Shown here piece by piece: positions 59,195 to 64,000 of a DNA stretch of 64,000 bases. The stretch covers positions 980-64,979 of the forward strand of contig JACRJU010000013.1 of NCBI GenBank assembly GCA_016219925.1. Reading direction: 5' to 3'. The number at the start of each line of letters is the position of its first letter. Positions within the stretch are counted from its first letter, which is position 1. A program made the translations under genes and the position numbers. The notes under the pieces were generated by a model. It worked only from the letters and a program-made list of their open reading frames with translations. It searched no databases and was not told the DNA's origin. This DNA comes from Candidatus Uhrbacteria bacterium (GTDB taxonomy: Bacteria; Patescibacteriota; Patescibacteriia; UBA9934; GWF2-40-263).

Positions 59195-60421
59195 ATGCGT
59201 ATCATTCTCGCGAACAAGTTTTACTATCCCCGTGGAGGGGCAGAGACCTATCTGCTTTCGCTTTCGTATTGGCTTAGCGCGCATGGCCACGAGGTGATTC
59301 CGTTTGCAATGCAACATCCGGAAAATTTGCAGACGCCTTTTGCAAAATACTTCGTCAGCCAAATCAACACGGACGCGCATCAGCCCCTTTCGTGGCTGGA
59401 GCGTTTGCACACGTTTGGTCGCATGATGTATTCGCTTGAGGCCCGTCGCAACATGGCCACACTCATTTTTCACGAGCATCCAGACCTCTGTCACATCCAC
59501 AACATTTATACGCAAATTTCTCCATCCATTTTGGATACCTTGTCCGATCAGCGCGTGCCTGTGGTGATGACCGTTCATGATCATCATCTCATTTCGCCCC
59601 AGTACAATATCTGGGCGGCTGGATGTGGTCCGGACAGGCGCAAGGTCGGTCTGGTGCGTGGCACGCTATCTCGATTTCATCAACACTCGTATGCCGCATC
59701 ATTCGCACAGGTGGCGGCGTATAAACTCCATCGCGCTCTCAAGCTCTATGCACGCGGAGTGAAATTATTTATCACGCCCAGCGCCTATCTCAAACGTCAG
59801 CTTGTGGCGGGGGGATTTCCGTCGGAGCATATTCACGTGAATCCGTATGGGATCGATACCCGTACGATTGCTCCGCACTACGAGCACGACGGATCGTTTT
59901 TGTATGTGGGGCGTTTGAGCGAAGAAAAGGGAGTCGAGCTTATTGTCACCATTGCCAAATTGTTGCCTGACCTTCGATTCAAGATTGTTGGCCGCGGGCC
60001 GCACATGGAATTTTTGCACCGGTTGGCGATCGGTGTGGACAATGTGGAGTTTTTAGGATTCCGATCCGGCGAAGAGCTCAATATGTTATATCGCAACGCT
60101 TGCGCGCTATTGGTTCCCTCGCGCGTACACGAAGTGTTTCCGCTCACGATTCTTGAAGCCATGGCTTATGGCAAGCCGGTCATCGCGAGCCATGTTGGCG
60201 GGATTCCCGAGATCGTGCAGGATCGTTCAAACGGGTTTCTCGTCTCGCCGACGGACGTGTATGGGTGGACAGAGGCGATTTTACGCTTGGCTTATGATCA
60301 AACTCTGCAACAAAATTTTTCCCGATCCGCCCGTGCTTCTGTTGAAGAACAGTTTCGTTTGGATGATCATTACCGCCGACTCCTCACCATCTATCAAGAA
60401 GTGATGCCCAGGCAGGGATAG
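59195..60421 (+). CDS. GT4 glycosyltransferase
   Basis: NKFYYPRGGAE; YVGRLSEEKG; EVFPLTILEAMAYGKPVI. Confidence 0.93.
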   Translation: MRIILANKFYYPRGGAETYLLSLSYWLSAHGHEVIPFAMQHPENLQTPFAKYFVSQINTDAHQPLSWLERLHTFGRMMYSLEARRNMATLIFHEHPDLCHIHNIYTQISPSILDTLSDQRVPVVMTVHDHHLISPQYNIWAAGCGPDRRKVGLVRGTLSRFHQHSYAASFAQVAAYKLHRALKLYARGVKLFITPSAYLKRQLVAGGFPSEHIHVNPYGIDTRTIAPHYEHDGSFLYVGRLSEEKGVELIVTIAKLLPDLRFKIVGRGPHMEFLHRLAIGVDNVEFLGFRSGEELNMLYRNACALLVPSRVHEVFPLTILEAMAYGKPVIASHVGGIPEIVQDRSNGFLVSPTDVYGWTEAILRLAYDQTLQQNFSRSARASVEEQFRLDDHYRRLLTIYQEVMPRQG

Positions 60422-60451
60422 CAAAAACACCCGTCTGGGTAGGCGGGTGTT

Positions 60452-61606
60452 TTACGCCGCGACGTCTTTGAGTTGCGGCTCGAGCTGGATCAACTCATAA
60501 AGATATTCCGTTGTTTCGGCGATGTCTTTCCAGTCGTAGGTTTTGGAGATGTGTGCGCGGGCGCGTTTTCCAATCTCTCGGACATCCTCGGGATTTTCTA
60601 ACAGTTCAATCATTTTCGCTTTAAGATCTGTGATGGATCCGCGGCGGAAGGACAGACCGTAGTTTTCAGTCAGTTCAAGGTTTTCAGGAATGTCAGAGGA
60701 GAGCACGCACTTGCCATAGCTCATCGCTTCAAGCACCGCAATCGGAAGACCTTCAGATTCGGAAGGATGCACGCAGGCATAGCTGTTGAGGAACAACGCA
60801 TGGAGTGTTGAACCCGTTTGCGTGCCCGTGAGCACGATGGAATCGTCGCCTTGAGCCATGCGGCGCAGTTTTTTCACATAATCATCCGTAAAGGCACTGC
60901 CGCCGACGATCGCAAGCTTCAGCCCGCGGGTGAGATCCGGACGCTCGCGCACGAGACGTTTCCAAGCATCAATAAGCAAGTGGGCGCCTTTGTGTTTCAC
61001 CAGTCGTGAACACATCATCAGATACTTGCCCGGCTCAAGACCAAATCCCTGGACCACGGCCGGATCGGCATCGGCTTGCGGAATTTGTGTTCCGTTTGGA
61101 ATGTATTTGGCATTGGTGCCGTAGGACATGCGGCAGTAGGTTTCCAGCGTTTTAGAAACCGCGATGGTTGCATCCGGAAAAGTCACGGCAGAGCGTTCGC
61201 CAAGCGCGAGCATGGTGCGTGCGAACCATCCCCATTTTTGGTGGTGACGATCAATACAGTGAAAGGTGACGATCACCTTTGCCGACGGGCGCAAGAGTTT
61301 CGGAAGCCAGGCAAGCAAGGCCGGGCCAACACCATGAATGTGAAAGACATCCACTTTTTCGTAAGCGGCTCGAACGATCGACGTAAACGTATGAATGATC
61401 GCGTCCAAGTGTTTAGTGGCGATGGTTGGGGTTTTGATACAACGAACGCCCCGATGATTGCGAATCGGCCACACATACCACGAACGACAAAACACGAGGA
61501 CTTCATGTCCCCGCGCGGCAAGCTCGGCGGAAAGCTCTTCCACGTGGCGTTCGATACCGCCCGCTCGAGCTGGAATCCCTTTTTGACCGATCATGGCGAT
61601 CTTCAT
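60452..61606 (-). CDS. GT4 glycosyltransferase
   Basis: MKIAMIGQKGIPARAGGIERHVEE; EGLPIAVLEAMSYG. Confidence 0.93.
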   Translation of the reverse strand: MKIAMIGQKGIPARAGGIERHVEELSAELAARGHEVLVFCRSWYVWPIRNHRGVRCIKTPTIATKHLDAIIHTFTSIVRAAYEKVDVFHIHGVGPALLAWLPKLLRPSAKVIVTFHCIDRHHQKWGWFARTMLALGERSAVTFPDATIAVSKTLETYCRMSYGTNAKYIPNGTQIPQADADPAVVQGFGLEPGKYLMMCSRLVKHKGAHLLIDAWKRLVRERPDLTRGLKLAIVGGSAFTDDYVKKLRRMAQGDDSIVLTGTQTGSTLHALFLNSYACVHPSESEGLPIAVLEAMSYGKCVLSSDIPENLELTENYGLSFRRGSITDLKAKMIELLENPEDVREIGKRARAHISKTYDWKDIAETTEYLYELIQLEPQLKDVAA

Positions 61607-61708
61607 AGGCGTTCATTTGAACGGGAAATATTACCATAAAACCCCCTTTTTGTCAATCAATTCTATCAAAAAAGCCCGCTTTATCAACTGGCTTTTTTTA
61701 GGCTGATT

Positions 61709-63502
61709 TTACTCACGTTTTAGCAAGGCTTTGGCAGTCGGGGCGCTGGAGAACACGGGTTCTCTGGTCCAGCCGTCTGTTGCCGTCAGGCGGATATCTT
61801 TGAGCAATATGGGCGCGGAGGAGCTTGCGACTTGCGGGGTGATGCCAAGTTCGAAGGCGATTCCGACTATTTTGCTGATGGGGGAGAGGGTTGGGTCAAT
61901 TCGAGAAGACGTCCAGCTTAGTGTTCGCGTGTCCGGATCGAATGAGACCGAGCTATTTTGCGAAACGGTTTGTCGACCGGTAAAGCGTACCCCCGGCGGA
62001 AGGGTGCCTTCGATGCGCACATCGTTCAGTTCATTTGTGGTCGAACCAATATGCCAGAACACCCAGTAGGTTGTTTCTTTGCCCGCTTGCGGAGGCACGG
62101 GTCCGCGACCGATTTGATCGCCGCCGGGCGTGAGGTATCGCACGAACGATTCAAAACGGATTGGCGTGGACAGCGGGGAAGTGAGAGGAGCGCTCTTGGA
62201 GATCACCTGTTGCTCCGTGCCATCGCCCATTTGATAGGTTGCAGTTGCGAGCGTGTTTCCGATCAGATGTTCGTAGGCGGAAAGTTCGCTGGTCCCAACC
62301 GTTGTGCGAACCACGGCTTTTACCTCGACCGTGCCTTCTTGGCCGGGTTGGAGGGTATCGATTTTTTCTGTCGCTGAAATTTTTACAAAAGGTGAATCCG
62401 ATTCAAGTCCGAGCTCAACGTTGCTTACCGGAAAAGCGGCCGTGTTTTTATAGTGAATCGAGAACGGAGTTTCTGCTCCCGGATGGAGGGTGTGATCGGG
62501 AGTGTCGATGGTGAGCGTCACAGGCAGAGGAACGATTGGAGCTGTATGTGTCAGCGTTTCTTGCCGATAGCGCTCATCTCCAAAGGTAAATGACGGATGA
62601 AAAACAAAGGTGACTTGTTCTGGGTTCGATTGAAGTGTTCCCTTGAAGTGGAGAACTCCTTGCCCCCCGGCTTTTACTTGTGGAATTTCAAATTGTCCTG
62701 CGCGCAGGGGGACATCCGCACTTTTGAACACAAAGCCCTCAGGCCACTGTGGCAAAATACTGACCGTCGGGAAATCGACGCCACTGGTATTTTCGTAGCG
62801 GACGGTTCCTTCAATCGGTTGATAACTGATAAGACGTTCGGGCAGTTCAAGAGAAAGCGTCAGAGCCGATTTAACTGGTGAAAAAATCTGCCAATCAATT
62901 TTTTCTCCTGGCTCATCTCGGTCTTTGCCATGAACGAACGTGAGTTTCGTTTCAAAAGCTTGTTCTCCGCCAACATCGCCAAAGAGGGTGCCTTTCATGT
63001 GGATGGTTCCCGTGGTGGATGGGGGGATCGTGCCAAGCGAGATGCGGTTTTCTTCGATCAACTCGCCTTGTTCAGACGAGAGTTGATCGAGGAGAAAATG
63101 TTTGGGGAAGGTGATTTCCAATTCCGCGTTACGCAGATTTTCGTCCGTGCCGTTGGTGTAATGAATAACAAGGGTGGAAGAGGCACCGGTGGTCACTTCG
63201 CGCGGAGCGATGGAAGCGTCAAAAGCGATCCGGCTGACGAAGACGCCGGGGAGGAAAAAGGTCGCGTAAATCGCTACGCTCGCTAATGCCAGGACAATCC
63301 CAACGAGCGCTACGTCAATTCCAAAGATGATGCGAGAAAATCGATAGCGATTCTTATAATGAAATTCAAACCAGTGGTGCAGGGGATAGAGCACCATTTT
63401 TCCCGGATGCACCGACAAGCAAATCGCTCGGCCGATGGCCGAATCCGGCTTGCCAACCGAGTCGCACGCGATGCCTTTTTTTATGTTGTCGTAAAGAGAC
63501 AT
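61709..63502 (-). CDS. membrane-anchored protein with DUF11/CARDB-like beta-sandwich domains
   Basis: One TM; repeated I/VxYxN motifs; GPVPPQAGKETTYWVFW. Confidence 0.7.
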   Translation of the reverse strand: MSLYDNIKKGIACDSVGKPDSAIGRAICLSVHPGKMVLYPLHHWFEFHYKNRYRFSRIIFGIDVALVGIVLALASVAIYATFFLPGVFVSRIAFDASIAPREVTTGASSTLVIHYTNGTDENLRNAELEITFPKHFLLDQLSSEQGELIEENRISLGTIPPSTTGTIHMKGTLFGDVGGEQAFETKLTFVHGKDRDEPGEKIDWQIFSPVKSALTLSLELPERLISYQPIEGTVRYENTSGVDFPTVSILPQWPEGFVFKSADVPLRAGQFEIPQVKAGGQGVLHFKGTLQSNPEQVTFVFHPSFTFGDERYRQETLTHTAPIVPLPVTLTIDTPDHTLHPGAETPFSIHYKNTAAFPVSNVELGLESDSPFVKISATEKIDTLQPGQEGTVEVKAVVRTTVGTSELSAYEHLIGNTLATATYQMGDGTEQQVISKSAPLTSPLSTPIRFESFVRYLTPGGDQIGRGPVPPQAGKETTYWVFWHIGSTTNELNDVRIEGTLPPGVRFTGRQTVSQNSSVSFDPDTRTLSWTSSRIDPTLSPISKIVGIAFELGITPQVASSSAPILLKDIRLTATDGWTREPVFSSAPTAKALLKRE

Positions 63503-63516
63503 ATCTAGAAGATATC

Positions 63517-63999
63517 TTACGGCCCAAATCCACTTAACGTAAATACATCGGTTGTGAGTCCGATCACCTCCGCTTTGCCATCGTGATCCAAATCCGCCGC
63601 GACGATTTCGAGTCCGCGCTTCTGTTTTTTATCGTACGCGTAAAATTCTGCCTTCTTTTTTCCGTCCCGATCATAAATGCGCGCAAGAGGCGGCCCGCCG
63701 AGTCCGGGGCCGGTGATGACCTCATCAACGCCGTCTCCATCCACATCGGCCGATGCGACATTCACGCCGCCTCGGAAATTTGGGTCATAGGCGAAAAATC
63801 CTGGGTTGATGAGCGTGCCATCTTTTTTATACACGCGGATATGTGGTCCGCCGCCATATCCGGCTCCGGCGATGATTTCTTTGATGCCATCTCCGTTGAG
63901 ATCACCAACCGCCACGTTCACCCCGCCGCGAAAATTTTTCGCATACGCGAAAAATCCCGGATTGATTAACACGCCATCTTTATTAAACACTCGAATGTG
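63517..63999 (-). CDS. FG-GAP/VCBS-like repeat protein, 3' part (runs off window end)
   Basis: Repeats FFAY..NFRGGVNVA.GD.NGDG..EII.GAG.GGGPHIR. Confidence 0.8.
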   Translation of the reverse strand, partial: HIRVFNKDGVLINPGFFAYAKNFRGGVNVAVGDLNGDGIKEIIAGAGYGGGPHIRVYKKDGTLINPGFFAYDPNFRGGVNVASADVDGDGVDEVITGPGLGGPPLARIYDRDGKKKAEFYAYDKKQKRGLEIVAADLDHDGKAEVIGLTTDVFTLSGFGP

Positions 64000-64000
64000 C

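Overview
A 64 kb chromosomal segment that looks like Patescibacteria (CPR), probably the ABY1/Uhrbacteria-like group. This taxon call is an inference from the compact housekeeping genes, the mostly SD-less starts, the VirB2/TrbC-type pilin-anchored giant proteins and the TSP3-like DxDxDG proteins. The backbone is about 50% GC by eye and carries relA/spoT (partial), topA, dprA, pth, der, lepB, hisS, rpsU, ybeY, dgkA, ftsA, ftsZ, nrdR, pyk, infC-rpmI-rplT, smpB, tmRNA, tRNA-Val(CAC), tRNA-Asp(GTC) and glycosylation genes. Two accessory systems stand out. (1) At 12.8-28.3 kb is a pilin locus: a YqeY-pilin fusion, a pilin-Ig protein, a 3,390-aa Cys-rich pilin-anchored adhesin and three Ca-binding membrane proteins. 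(2) A separate class of eight very GC3-rich genes occurs as three singletons plus a five-gene array at 48.4-57.6 kb. They have canonical SD sites and their own AT-rich promoters or terminators. The array genes add long structured leaders (two share a 106-nt element at 105/106 identity), lipobox signal peptides, MopE-type Cys/Asp repeats and an apparent outer-membrane beta-barrel. These traits fit a diderm, myxobacteria-like cell better than a monoderm CPR cell, which suggests a host-derived or host-directed gene class. Also present are a degraded low-GC island at tRNA-Asp, an IS5-like MITE and REP-like palindromes. All calls are from reading the sequence; no searches were run.
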